The translations under genes were made by a program, and so were the position numbers. From assembly GCA_031370785.1 (NCBI GenBank), contig JANMQY010000145.1:1-48156 (forward strand): a stretch of 48,156 nucleotides of DNA. The letters run 5' to 3'. Source of the DNA: Candidatus Eiseniibacteriota bacterium. GTDB taxonomy: Bacteria > Eisenbacteria > RBG-16-71-46. Below the pieces are notes generated by a model. It saw only the letters and a list, made by a program, of their open reading frames with translations. It had not been told where the DNA came from and ran no database searches. Position 1 is the first letter of the stretch, and the number at the start of each line of letters is the position of its first letter. Below, piece after piece: positions 35,987 through 44,951 of this stretch.

Positions 35987-37026
35987 CCCGCGCCGAACTG
36001 CTCGAGCTGGTGAACGAGGCGCGCCATGCGCCCAGCGTTCACAACATCCAGCCCGCGCGCTGGGCGCTCGAGAGTGCGAACACGCTCGTACTTCATGCCG
36101 ATCCCGGGCGCCGGCTTCCGATTGCGGACCCGACCGGCCACGACGTGCGCGTGAGCCTTGGCGCCGCGTGCGAAGGGATGGCAATCGCGCTCGCCCGGCG
36201 AGGCCTCTCCGCGGCTCCACCTCGATTGATGAAGCGCGCAGCCGTGGGATCGGAGCCGCCGGGCCATCCGGAACGGGAAGCGAAGCGCGAGCCCGCGCGA
36301 CCGGTTCCCATCGCCGCGCTCGCGTTCGAGCGCGGAGCCGCCCTCGAGCCTCTCGCGGATGCGGTGTTGCGTCGTGCCGCCTACCGGGGCACGTTCGCCG
36401 CGACCGCGCCGCCGGCGCTCGATCGGCTTGAGCGCCGGGTTGCCTCCGAGGGCATGATCGTTGCGCGCGATCGCTCGCGCATCCGCGAGCTGGCGAGGGT
36501 GGCCGATGGCGCGGGGGAGGAGTTCCTGCTCGAGCCCGGTTACTGGCGTGAGACGTGGCAGTGGCTGAGGCTCTCGCCGTCCCACCCCGGTTGGAGCCGC
36601 GACGGCCTGAACGCCGACGCTCTGGCGCTGAATGGCGTCGAGCGTCTGCTCGGCCGCTGGCTGATGGCGCCGGCGGGATTCGAGGCGATGCGTAGACTGG
36701 GCCTCGCGCGCTCCCTGATCTCCGAGCGCTCGAAGATCGAAAGCGCGGGCGCGCTGCTGATCTTCAGCGCCCCGATGACCGAGGATCCGTTCGAGACCGG
36801 GCGCGCCTTCTACCGGCGCTGGCTCGAGGTCACCGCTTCAGGTCTTGCGCTGTGCCCGATGTCGGTGCTCGCCGACTCGAAACGAGCGAACGCGCAGGTT
36901 CGCGAGATGTTCTCGTTGCCGGCCGACCATCGACTCGTGAACGTGTTTCGCGTCGGGAGTGCGCCCGCCGGATTCCCGGCTGCCTTGACGGCGCGGCTTC
37001 CGGCCGAAGAGCTGCTCGTCGGCTAG
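35983..37026 (+). CDS. Nitroreductase-superfamily FMN oxidoreductase (Acg-like)
   Basis: ARHAPSVHNIQPARW, DPTGHD..VSLGAACE, LRRAAYRG, GRAFYRRWLEVT..GL..CPMS, FRVG. GTG overlaps the upstream TGA. Confidence 0.82.
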   Translation: MTRAELLELVNEARHAPSVHNIQPARWALESANTLVLHADPGRRLPIADPTGHDVRVSLGAACEGMAIALARRGLSAAPPRLMKRAAVGSEPPGHPEREAKREPARPVPIAALAFERGAALEPLADAVLRRAAYRGTFAATAPPALDRLERRVASEGMIVARDRSRIRELARVADGAGEEFLLEPGYWRETWQWLRLSPSHPGWSRDGLNADALALNGVERLLGRWLMAPAGFEAMRRLGLARSLISERSKIESAGALLIFSAPMTEDPFETGRAFYRRWLEVTASGLALCPMSVLADSKRANAQVREMFSLPADHRLVNVFRVGSAPAGFPAALTARLPAEELLVG

Positions 37027-38801
37027 AGCCTTTTCAGGTATTCGAGCACCGCGGCCTTCTCCGCCTCGCTCATTGCCCGCACCGGCCCCTCGTGCCCGTG
37101 ATTCGAGCGGCCGAGCTGCGAGGTATCGTAGATCACGCTTCGCGAGCGCGGCGCGTAGCCGGTGGGATAGCGCCACACTCCATCGGCGCTGCGCTCCAGC
37201 GCGATGCCCATGCGCTGGTAGTCGAGCCGGTGCCCGCCGACCTCGAAACGCGCCGGACGGCTTTCGGGATGCAACAGATCCCAGAGGGTCGGCACCGACC
37301 CGTTGTGCAGGTAAGGCGCGGTCGCCCACAGTCCGTTCAGGATCGGAGGCACGTAGCCACCGGTGCGGGCCGCGTCCACGTGGCGGACGAACGGATGCGC
37401 CGGATGCGTCGCCTGCCAGTGCAGCACCGTGTCGCTCACCGCGGTCCAGCGCACCGAATCGGTGCCGATGTATGCCTGACTCACCAGACGGTTCGGGTAG
37501 TCGAGCAGGCGCGGGCGATCGAGACTCTCGTCGTAGTGACCGTGACAGGAGGCGCAGCGCGTCGCGAACACATCGCGCCCGCGGGCGGCGAGCGTGGCGT
37601 CCACCGGACCCGGGAACGGCGGAGGCTCGTAACGTGAGAGCCAGTGCATCACCTCGCGCACCCGCGGGATCATGCGCTCCGCGGTCGGCGGGTCGTTGCC
37701 CGCGGTTCCCAGGGTGAAGAATGCGATGATGTTGGCGAGATCCTCGGCCCGCGCCGGAGTGGCGTCCTCGCGCTTGACCTCGTGGAAGCGCTCTCGTCCG
37801 CGCACGACGTAGGTTCCGTCGTAGAGCACGGAGCTACGGAAGGCGCGGCTCGAAAGGTCCGGAATCGAGGTGAGGGCCATCTCCTGCGGGGCGTAGTCGC
37901 GCTTGGAGATCAGGGCGAGCTGGAGCTTGAGCGCCGCCACGCCATTGGTGACCCCGGGTCCACCGTTGTTGAACGCGAGCGCGCGGTCACGCGCCGCGAC
38001 GATCCCCGGAAGATCGCGTCTCAGGCGCGGCATGATGAAATGCCGGTAGGTGAAACGTTCGCCCCACGACATGGTCGGGTGCACGTGTTCCATCGTCCTG
38101 AAAAATGCGCGCTCATCCTTCATACCGATCTTGAGTCCCGCGAAAACCGACGAGGCGTAGGCCTCGAGATCGATCGAGACGCTCGGCAGGCCGATCCACG
38201 CAGTGTGCGTCGGTAGACCTCGGGCATCGTAGAGCGGAGCGGAGTGACAGGTGGCGCAGCCATTGTTGCGCACTTCGAGACTCGGCCCCGGAAGCAGGCC
38301 ATGAATCGTTCCCCGGGTCATCCCGAGCGGAGCCTCTTCGAAGTGCGGCGGAGGTCCTGCGCCTGCGTCCCAGTTGCCGATCGATTCGGGGAACTGGAAC
38401 CCGAAATGCTCGAGCACCGGCCGGATCGAAGAGTGCTCGATCGGCAGTCCGAGCTCGGGCGCTGTCGAGAGCAGGAGGGCGGTGGAGTAGAGCTTCCACG
38501 GCGAGGCCACCGTCTCGAGCGCATAGGTGTCGAGCGTGCCGAAGTCGTCGAACATGAGACGGGCCTGCCCGAGGTCGGCGCTCGAAGGCGCGGCGCGACG
38601 GGTGAGCGCGAGATCGCGACTCGAGCCGCTCATGTTGGTGAGCGCTGCACACCCGGCCGTCCCGAGCGCCCACGAGGCGATGAACACTGCGCCGAGGCGA
38701 CGGAAGGCGCGGTGCGGCGGAGCCGGCCGGTTCGCGCCCGACGCTCGAATCCGATCGCCGTGGCCGGAGCGCGGGATTCGTGAGCGGGATAAGTGGCTCA
38801 T
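37023..38801 (-). CDS. Di-haem c-type cytochrome lipoprotein, RoxA/MauG-like
   Basis: Lipobox-like TAGC, haem motifs CATCH and CASCH, C-terminal LNGLWATAPYLHNGSVPTLWDLL...GRSNHGHE...LEYLKRL. Start codon uncertain. Confidence 0.8.
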   Translation of the reverse strand: MSHLSRSRIPRSGHGDRIRASGANRPAPPHRAFRRLGAVFIASWALGTAGCAALTNMSGSSRDLALTRRAAPSSADLGQARLMFDDFGTLDTYALETVASPWKLYSTALLLSTAPELGLPIEHSSIRPVLEHFGFQFPESIGNWDAGAGPPPHFEEAPLGMTRGTIHGLLPGPSLEVRNNGCATCHSAPLYDARGLPTHTAWIGLPSVSIDLEAYASSVFAGLKIGMKDERAFFRTMEHVHPTMSWGERFTYRHFIMPRLRRDLPGIVAARDRALAFNNGGPGVTNGVAALKLQLALISKRDYAPQEMALTSIPDLSSRAFRSSVLYDGTYVVRGRERFHEVKREDATPARAEDLANIIAFFTLGTAGNDPPTAERMIPRVREVMHWLSRYEPPPFPGPVDATLAARGRDVFATRCASCHGHYDESLDRPRLLDYPNRLVSQAYIGTDSVRWTAVSDTVLHWQATHPAHPFVRHVDAARTGGYVPPILNGLWATAPYLHNGSVPTLWDLLHPESRPARFEVGGHRLDYQRMGIALERSADGVWRYPTGYAPRSRSVIYDTSQLGRSNHGHEGPVRAMSEAEKAAVLEYLKRL

Positions 38802-39003
38802 CGGCTGGGAGTCTAGGTCCGTGTTCCGGGGCGGTACAGCCTCGTTTTCGGCGCGGCACGGCAACGCATGGCCGGCAGTGAGTTTCCGGGACCTCTCATT
38901 CTCGTTGCCTTCGCCTCCGTGCTCGCGGAGACTTCGCGCCGCTAGTCCCTCGAACCTCGGAACGGAGGATCGACCACTGGGCCGCGCAACCCTTACCGGG
39001 CGC

Positions 39004-41220
39004 ATGCTCGCCCGTCCGGCAGCGATCCTGATCGCCTGGCTGCTGATCGTCGCGGTGGCCGGCGGATTCGCCGCGCGTCTGGCCGGCGTGCTGCGCGGGG
39101 GCACCGACCCCATCGCCGGCAGCTCCTCCGAGCACGTCACGCACGAGGTCGAGCGTGCATTCGGCGAGGGCACGCTGTACCAGTACCTGCTGGTACTCAG
39201 CGGGCGCGACTTCGGCGCCGACGATCCACGCATCGTCGCCGCAGCGGCGCGGCTCGCCGAGTCGATTGGACGGCTGCCGCTCGTGCGCTCGGTCGAGACG
39301 CCGTGGAACACGCCGCGTCCCGAGCTGCTCGCACCCGGCCGCCGCACCGCGCTCATCGTGGTGACGCCACGCATCAACGCCTATCTCGAGGCCGAGCGCT
39401 TTACCGCCGAGCTGCGCGGCGCGATCGCCGCCGCGCAGCTGCCTCCCGAGGTCTCGCTCGAGGTCACCGGGACGACCGCGGCGATCCACGCGATGGATAT
39501 CCAGTCTTCTTTTGACCTGCTCGCGGCCGAGCGTGTCGGACTTCCGCTCACGCTCGTCATCCTTCTGATCGTGTTCGGCGCGCCGCTCGCGGCGCTGCTA
39601 CCGATCGCCCTCGCGCTGGTCGCGGTCTCGATCGGGTTCTCGGGGCTGTACGCGCTCCATGCCTGGACTCCGGTTACGGTCTTCGCCGAAAACGTGGTCT
39701 CGATGATCGGGCTCGGGGTGGGAGTGGACTACGCACTGTTCGTGGTCAGCCGATACCGCGAGGAGCTCGCGACCGGCAAGAGCCGAATCGAAGCGGCCAT
39801 TGCCGCGACTCGCACCGCCGGACACTCGGTGCTGTTCTCGGGCGCGACGGTCGCGGTGGGATTCCTCGCGCTGTTTCTGGTCAATGCCCCGTTCCTTCAC
39901 ACCATCGCTCTCGGCGGCGTCTTCGTGGTGGCGGGGGCGGTGGCAGCTTCGCTCACTCTGCTCCCCGCACTGCTGGTCGTGCTCGGTCCCGCGCTGATGT
40001 GGCCCCGGCAGCTCGCGGCATCGGGAGCGCCGGACCGGCGTGGCAGCCAGTTCTGGACCACATGGACGAGCGCGGTCATGCGTCGTCCGTGGGCCGCGCT
40101 GGTGCTCGCCTCACTCGTGCTGGCGGTGTTCGTAGTCCCGGCAGCGCGCATTCGTTCGTGGAATATCGGCGCGGCACATCTGCCGGCCTCGGACGAGGCG
40201 CGTCGCGGCTACGAGCGGCTGGCGCAGGATTTCCCGCGCGGGTGGATGTCGCCGATCGTGGTGCTGATCGAAGCGGCCGAGGGACACACGGTCTGGGAGC
40301 CCGAGAGTCGCAGCGCGATCCTCGCGCTCGCGGATTCTCTCTCTCTCGATCCACGCAGCGGCACGGTGCTGGGGATTCACCGGATCGTCGGGCTCCTCGA
40401 CCCCTCGCAACTTCCGGCGCTCCCCGCGTCGATGCGTGCTGCAGTGAGCCGGGTGGTGAGCTCCGACGGCCGGGTCGGGATCCTCGCACTCATGACTCCC
40501 GGCCCACCCGAAGAGCGCGCGACCATGGCCTACGTGCGCGAGCTGCGCACCCGCCACTGGCCCGCACTCGCCGCCGCGGGGCTGGACGTGCAATGGGGAG
40601 GATTCGCCGCGGTACTGGTGGACTTCGATCGCGAGCTGTTCGGGCGCCTGCCATGGGTGGTGCTCGCAGTGGTGCTCACCACGTTCATCGTGCTCGCGAT
40701 CCTGTTTCGATCGCTGGTGCTGCCGCTCAAAGCCACCCTGCTCAACACCGTCTCGGTGCTGGCCGCCTATGGATTCCTCGTGCACGTCTTTCAGGATGGA
40801 CGAGGCGCGCGCTTTATCGGGCTCGATCCGCCGGGAGGGCTCAACGCCTTCGTGGTGGTGATGCTGTTCACGATCCTGTTCGGGCTCTCGATGGACTACG
40901 AGGTGTTCCTGCTGAGTCGGGTTCGCGAGGAATACCTGGCGAGTGGCGACAATGCGCGCGCGGTGGCGCTCGGGATCGGCGGAACCGCAGGGATCATCAC
41001 CAGCGCGGCGCTGATCATGATCTCGATCTTCGCCTCGTTCGGATTCACGCGGCTCGTCCCGACGCGCGAGTTCGGGCTCGGACTCGCCTTCGCGGTTGCG
41101 CTCGATGCCACGCTCATCCGTCTGGTGATGGTTCCCGCGCTGATGGCGATCTCGGGTCGCTGGAACTGGTGGCTCCCGGGGAGGCGCGGGGCTACCCTCG
41201 CCAGGGGCGGAAAAGACTGA
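39004..41220 (+). CDS. MMPL family (RND) lipid transporter
   Basis: MIGLGVGVDYALF..RYREEL, SVLFSG.TV, LTLLPALL, LFGLSMDYEVFLLSRVREE, IITSAALIM, DATLIRLVMVPALM...WNWW. Confidence 0.92.
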   Translation: MLARPAAILIAWLLIVAVAGGFAARLAGVLRGGTDPIAGSSSEHVTHEVERAFGEGTLYQYLLVLSGRDFGADDPRIVAAAARLAESIGRLPLVRSVETPWNTPRPELLAPGRRTALIVVTPRINAYLEAERFTAELRGAIAAAQLPPEVSLEVTGTTAAIHAMDIQSSFDLLAAERVGLPLTLVILLIVFGAPLAALLPIALALVAVSIGFSGLYALHAWTPVTVFAENVVSMIGLGVGVDYALFVVSRYREELATGKSRIEAAIAATRTAGHSVLFSGATVAVGFLALFLVNAPFLHTIALGGVFVVAGAVAASLTLLPALLVVLGPALMWPRQLAASGAPDRRGSQFWTTWTSAVMRRPWAALVLASLVLAVFVVPAARIRSWNIGAAHLPASDEARRGYERLAQDFPRGWMSPIVVLIEAAEGHTVWEPESRSAILALADSLSLDPRSGTVLGIHRIVGLLDPSQLPALPASMRAAVSRVVSSDGRVGILALMTPGPPEERATMAYVRELRTRHWPALAAAGLDVQWGGFAAVLVDFDRELFGRLPWVVLAVVLTTFIVLAILFRSLVLPLKATLLNTVSVLAAYGFLVHVFQDGRGARFIGLDPPGGLNAFVVVMLFTILFGLSMDYEVFLLSRVREEYLASGDNARAVALGIGGTAGIITSAALIMISIFASFGFTRLVPTREFGLGLAFAVALDATLIRLVMVPALMAISGRWNWWLPGRRGATLARGGKD

Positions 41221-41248
41221 AAGCCAATTGGGAAAGGGGGGCCTGGCA

Positions 41249-42595
41249 ATGGACGGTCGCAAGATCCTCAGGTTCGCGGTGGTCCTGGTTTCCTTCATGT
41301 ACGTTGCTGTCGTATTCGCGCAAGCGACCACCGGCAAGAGCCACCGACCCGGTACGCCGGTCTCGGGGTTCGACACTGAGATTCGGCAGCACTCGCAGGC
41401 GATGCTCGAGGAAGGGCGGCGCATCTTCCGGTACGACACGTTTGGCGATGAGGGCTTCTGGGGCGACGCCTTGCAATTGCACAGGGCAATCGAAGGTGAG
41501 AAGCACGGCGGTGTTGGCACCGGCGTGAGCCCCAAGACCGCGCTTGCGGTTGGTTTGAAGGTCGACGTGGATGCGCTGCCCGCCGGGCTACAGAGCCAGC
41601 TCAAAGCCGGAAAAATGGATCTCGACGACCCGGCGATCACATTGGCGCTGCTCAAGCTCAACGCCGTGGTCGGTGTCACCGGCCACCTCAATGCGGATGG
41701 CAGCCTCAAGTCGATCGGCCTGCAATGCGCCTTCTGTCACTCCACCGTGGATAACTCGCTCGCGCCCGGCATCGGACATCGCCTCGACGGCTGGGCGAAT
41801 CGAGACCTCAACGTGGGTGCCATCATTGCCCTGGCTCCGAATCTGCAGCCGTTTGCCGATTTGCTGAAGGTAGACGTGTCCACGGTCAAGAAGGTGCTCG
41901 CGAGCTGGGGGCCGGGACGCTTCGATGCCCAACTCGACAAGGATGGAAAAGCATTCCGTCCCGACGGCCAGCAGGCGGGAACGCTCATCCCGCCCGCTTT
42001 CGGGCTCGCCGGCGTCAATCTGCATACCTGGACCGGGTTCGGCTCGGTCTCGTACTGGAATGCCTACGTTGCAGCCACCGAGATGCATGGGTCGGGCACC
42101 TACTTCGACGCGCGACTCAAGGACGCCACGCAGTTTCCGGTCGCGGCCCGTTCGGGCTCATGGAACACGCGAGGTACTCCCGACCAAATCAGCTCCAAGC
42201 TCGCAGCCCTTCATTTCTACCAGCTCGCCATCCCGGCGCCGAAGCCGCCCGCGGGATCTTTCGCGGCCCAAGCCGCCTCGCGCGGCAAGGCGTTGTTCGA
42301 TGATAAGGCGCGCTGCGCGAGCTGCCACGTGCCGCCGCTGTTCACGGAGCCTGGCAACAACCTGCACGTACCCTCGGAGATCGGTATCGACTCGTTCCAG
42401 GCGGATCGCTCACCCACACACGCCTACCGGACGGCACCACTCCGCGGTCTGTGGACGCACCAGAAGGGTGGTTTCTATCACGACGGCCGGTTCGCCACAC
42501 TGAACGAAGTCGTGGACCACTACGATTCCTTCTTCAGACTCGGGCTCACTGATCACGAGAAAAGAGATCTGATCCAGTACCTGCTCAGCTTGTAG
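41249..42595 (+). CDS. Secreted di-haem c-type cytochrome (CCP/MauG-like superfamily)
   Basis: Signal peptide, FRYDTFGDEGFW, CAFCH, CASCH, YRTAPLRGLW...FYHDGRFATL.EVVDHY. Confidence 0.8.
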   Translation: MDGRKILRFAVVLVSFMYVAVVFAQATTGKSHRPGTPVSGFDTEIRQHSQAMLEEGRRIFRYDTFGDEGFWGDALQLHRAIEGEKHGGVGTGVSPKTALAVGLKVDVDALPAGLQSQLKAGKMDLDDPAITLALLKLNAVVGVTGHLNADGSLKSIGLQCAFCHSTVDNSLAPGIGHRLDGWANRDLNVGAIIALAPNLQPFADLLKVDVSTVKKVLASWGPGRFDAQLDKDGKAFRPDGQQAGTLIPPAFGLAGVNLHTWTGFGSVSYWNAYVAATEMHGSGTYFDARLKDATQFPVAARSGSWNTRGTPDQISSKLAALHFYQLAIPAPKPPAGSFAAQAASRGKALFDDKARCASCHVPPLFTEPGNNLHVPSEIGIDSFQADRSPTHAYRTAPLRGLWTHQKGGFYHDGRFATLNEVVDHYDSFFRLGLTDHEKRDLIQYLLSL

Positions 42596-42805
42596 CATCG
42601 GAGGGTGGCTGCCGTGCATCCGCTCTCTCGCGACCTGAAGGCACGGCAAAACCTGGGCGGCCTGGGCCGACTCCGGCACGTCGAACCCGACCCAGGGCCG
42701 GATAAAGGCTCTCGACCGGTGAGTGACCGCGGCACACCGTAGCCGCCATGAGAACGGCAGAAGCGCTAGGCACGTCGTTTCGTCGGGAGGTGCCTTGCGC
42801 GTTTG

Positions 42806-42828
42806 GCGGAGCGGCGTCTCCGCTCCGC
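42806..42828. terminator. 9-bp hairpin between convergent genes
   Basis: gcggagcgg-cgtct-ccgctccgc next to the stop at 42830; no clear U-tract. Confidence 0.4.
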
Positions 42829-42829
42829 G

Positions 42830-43789
42830 TCAGCGATATTCGAAGAGCACGAAGCCGTCGTAGGAGCGTCCGGGACCAATCAGGAACTCGGTCCACGGCA
42901 TGGTGACGACCCGACCCGTCAGGCTCGAGGCATGCAGGAACGTCCGCCCGTTCCATAGCATCGATTCATGCACGACGTCGAGTCCGTCGGACATCCTGGC
43001 CACCCGGACGAACGCGACACCCACGGCGGCCGGAAGTCGGCCCTGATCGTGCCAGCTCGCGAACTGAGAGCCGAGAGCGCGCGGCACGAAGTAGACCCTG
43101 CGCGTGCGGCTCCAATCGATCGGGATCCAGCGCCCGCCGCCGACTCTCCGGTTGAGAACGACCGTCCGGCTCCGGCATTCAGCACCGCCGACCCGCTTCG
43201 TGATGTCGCGATAGTAGGGAGATGAGTCGAGCCGGTCGGTGGTGAAGTGGAAACGCGTCGCGTACGAGATCCGGCCGCCACGGTAATTGGCGAGTGCCAT
43301 GGCTTCGCGTTCGCCGCCCGTTTCGCGCGCGTGCGCGAGCGCGGCGGACACCAGGTTCAGGACGGCGCAGTCCGTGGTCCGGAACTCGATGACGGGGTCG
43401 GTGTCGGGCGGCGCCTCCTCGCCGAGCGGCCCGAGTTGGTAGGGCGTTCCCACCTGCAGAAAGGCCCAGGCCGCGACCCGTGGACCGATATCCCATGTTG
43501 CGAGGCTCCCGGCGATTTCGGCTCTTTGTGCGCCGTCGAGATCGGCGAGACGGGGAAGCGTCGCGTCGGCGAGTGCCAGGGGGTCCTTTCGGTCCAGCGC
43601 GCGCTCGAGCGCCTCGGGGATCGCCTCTGATCGCGCGCCCGCGACCGCGGCGCCGGACGGTGCCTGGTTAGCCACGGACGCGCGCTCGGTCCCGCAGGGG
43701 CTCGCAGACATCACGCCGATGGCCAGTGTCGCCAGCAGGACGTGGATGAGGCATGTTGAGACCGGAAGCCGAGCCGCGAAAGCCCTCAT
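42830..43789 (-). CDS. DUF1460 / NlpC-P60-like amidase family protein
   Basis: VGTPYQLGPLGE...DCAV (Cys), YRGGRISYATRFHF, GLDVVH (His), LHASS. Start uncertain between 43789 and 43882. Confidence 0.75.
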   Translation of the reverse strand: MRAFAARLPVSTCLIHVLLATLAIGVMSASPCGTERASVANQAPSGAAVAGARSEAIPEALERALDRKDPLALADATLPRLADLDGAQRAEIAGSLATWDIGPRVAAWAFLQVGTPYQLGPLGEEAPPDTDPVIEFRTTDCAVLNLVSAALAHARETGGEREAMALANYRGGRISYATRFHFTTDRLDSSPYYRDITKRVGGAECRSRTVVLNRRVGGGRWIPIDWSRTRRVYFVPRALGSQFASWHDQGRLPAAVGVAFVRVARMSDGLDVVHESMLWNGRTFLHASSLTGRVVTMPWTEFLIGPGRSYDGFVLFEYR

Positions 43790-43886
43790 GAGGAAGGTTC
43801 TGGCTTGTGAGTTCATGGCGCCACACAATACGTCCGAATCCGGCGCTGGCATGTCATGAATCGAAGGCGGAGGCACTCGCACTCAG

Positions 43887-44294
43887 ATGGGAGAGCCGGC
43901 TCGATCCCTCGAGGACTTCGACGCCGCCGTCGCCGGCCAGTCCGACAACTCGCAGTTCTATCGAGGGCGCTCGCTGGCGCGCTCGGTTGTCGGCAACCCC
44001 GAAGGCGCACTCGCGGACGCAGAGCAACTCGTGACGCTGTCGCCGCAGGTGGCCACGTCCTACTATGCACGTGGCATCGCGCTCGCAAGGCTCGGGCGGG
44101 ATTGGGAGGCGCTTTGGGATTTCGATGAAGCGCTGGGACGTCAGCCGGAGCTGGTCTACCCGTTGTTCGCAAGAGCCGACGCATTCGAGAGACTGGGTCG
44201 ATACGATCAGTCCGTTGCCGACCGCGAGGCGGCGATGTGCAGACAGATGGAGCAGAGTGGCTGCGCAGCGTGTCTTGATCCGTTTCGCTACTGA
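43887..44294 (+). CDS. TPR-repeat protein, probably N-terminally disrupted
   Basis: TPR patterns YRGRSLARSVVG, YYARGIALARLG, FARADAFERLG; a preceding TPR-like helix (ESKAEALA) is in a different frame. Confidence 0.6.
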   Translation: MGEPARSLEDFDAAVAGQSDNSQFYRGRSLARSVVGNPEGALADAEQLVTLSPQVATSYYARGIALARLGRDWEALWDFDEALGRQPELVYPLFARADAFERLGRYDQSVADREAAMCRQMEQSGCAACLDPFRY

Positions 44295-44306
44295 GGCAAG
44301 GTGCCT

Positions 44307-44690
44307 ATGTACTGTCCGAGCTGCGGACTCGAATATCGAGAAGGCGTGACCGCCTGCAACGATTGCGGTGCGATCCTCACCCAGGATCCTCCCGAGGCGG
44401 AGCCGGAGCCGCGCCCGGAGTGGTTGGATCTCGAGACCGTGCTCGAGTCGAGCGACCCGGCGCTGTTACCTGTGGTGCGGTCCCTTCTCGAATCCGAAGG
44501 AATTCCGTGTTTCGCGCGCGGAGAACTGCTTCAGGATTTTCTCGGGTGGGGGCGCATGTTGGGGACCAACCTCATCACCGGCCCGGTACAGCTTCAGGTG
44601 CCGAGAGAGCGGGTCGAGGAGGCTCGACGACTACTCAGCATCATGAGAAGCGCCGGGCCGAAGCTCCCTGGTGAGCCTCTCGATGAGTGA
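44307..44690 (+). CDS. Zinc-ribbon + DUF2007 (PII-like) protein
   Basis: MYCPSCGLEYREGVTACNDCG; VRSLLESEGIPC...VQLQVPRERVEEARRLL. Confidence 0.8.
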   Translation: MYCPSCGLEYREGVTACNDCGAILTQDPPEAEPEPRPEWLDLETVLESSDPALLPVVRSLLESEGIPCFARGELLQDFLGWGRMLGTNLITGPVQLQVPRERVEEARRLLSIMRSAGPKLPGEPLDE

Positions 44691-44951
44691 TCGCGAGGAC
44701 GGCGAAACCATGGCCCTTGACGAGGCTTCGCGCTTCCGCTCAGGAATCGCCTGAAGGCTCGGTCTCCCTCTCGAGATCCTGCTCGGAAGATTGACATTGC
44801 GTGGGCCGCATCGGGAGTAGCTTCCTTTTCATTCCCCTACCAAGTTGTTGTTGGACGCGGTGGCCGCAGAATCCCCCGTCCGGTCATGTTCGCTCCGCGC
44901 CCTTACCCCTTAGACTCCCTGTGTGCCGCAGGGGGGAAGGAGCGATTCGTC

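Noticed and set aside
37023..38801. Calling the cytochrome a true rubber oxygenase (roxA)
   Set aside because: Only the generic haem and MauG-like motifs are recognisable; substrate cannot be inferred by eye.
38798..38825. Sixth sigma-28-like site (GCCGATGA, minus strand)
   Set aside because: No matching -35 element at the expected spacing, and it overlaps the presumed start codon.
42596..42800. Possible c-di-GMP-I riboswitch or structured RNA (GGCAAAACC; tgccgtgc/gcacggca inverted repeat)
   Set aside because: Lacks the GNRA loop and GACGCAAAG elements, and lies between convergent genes with no downstream gene to control.
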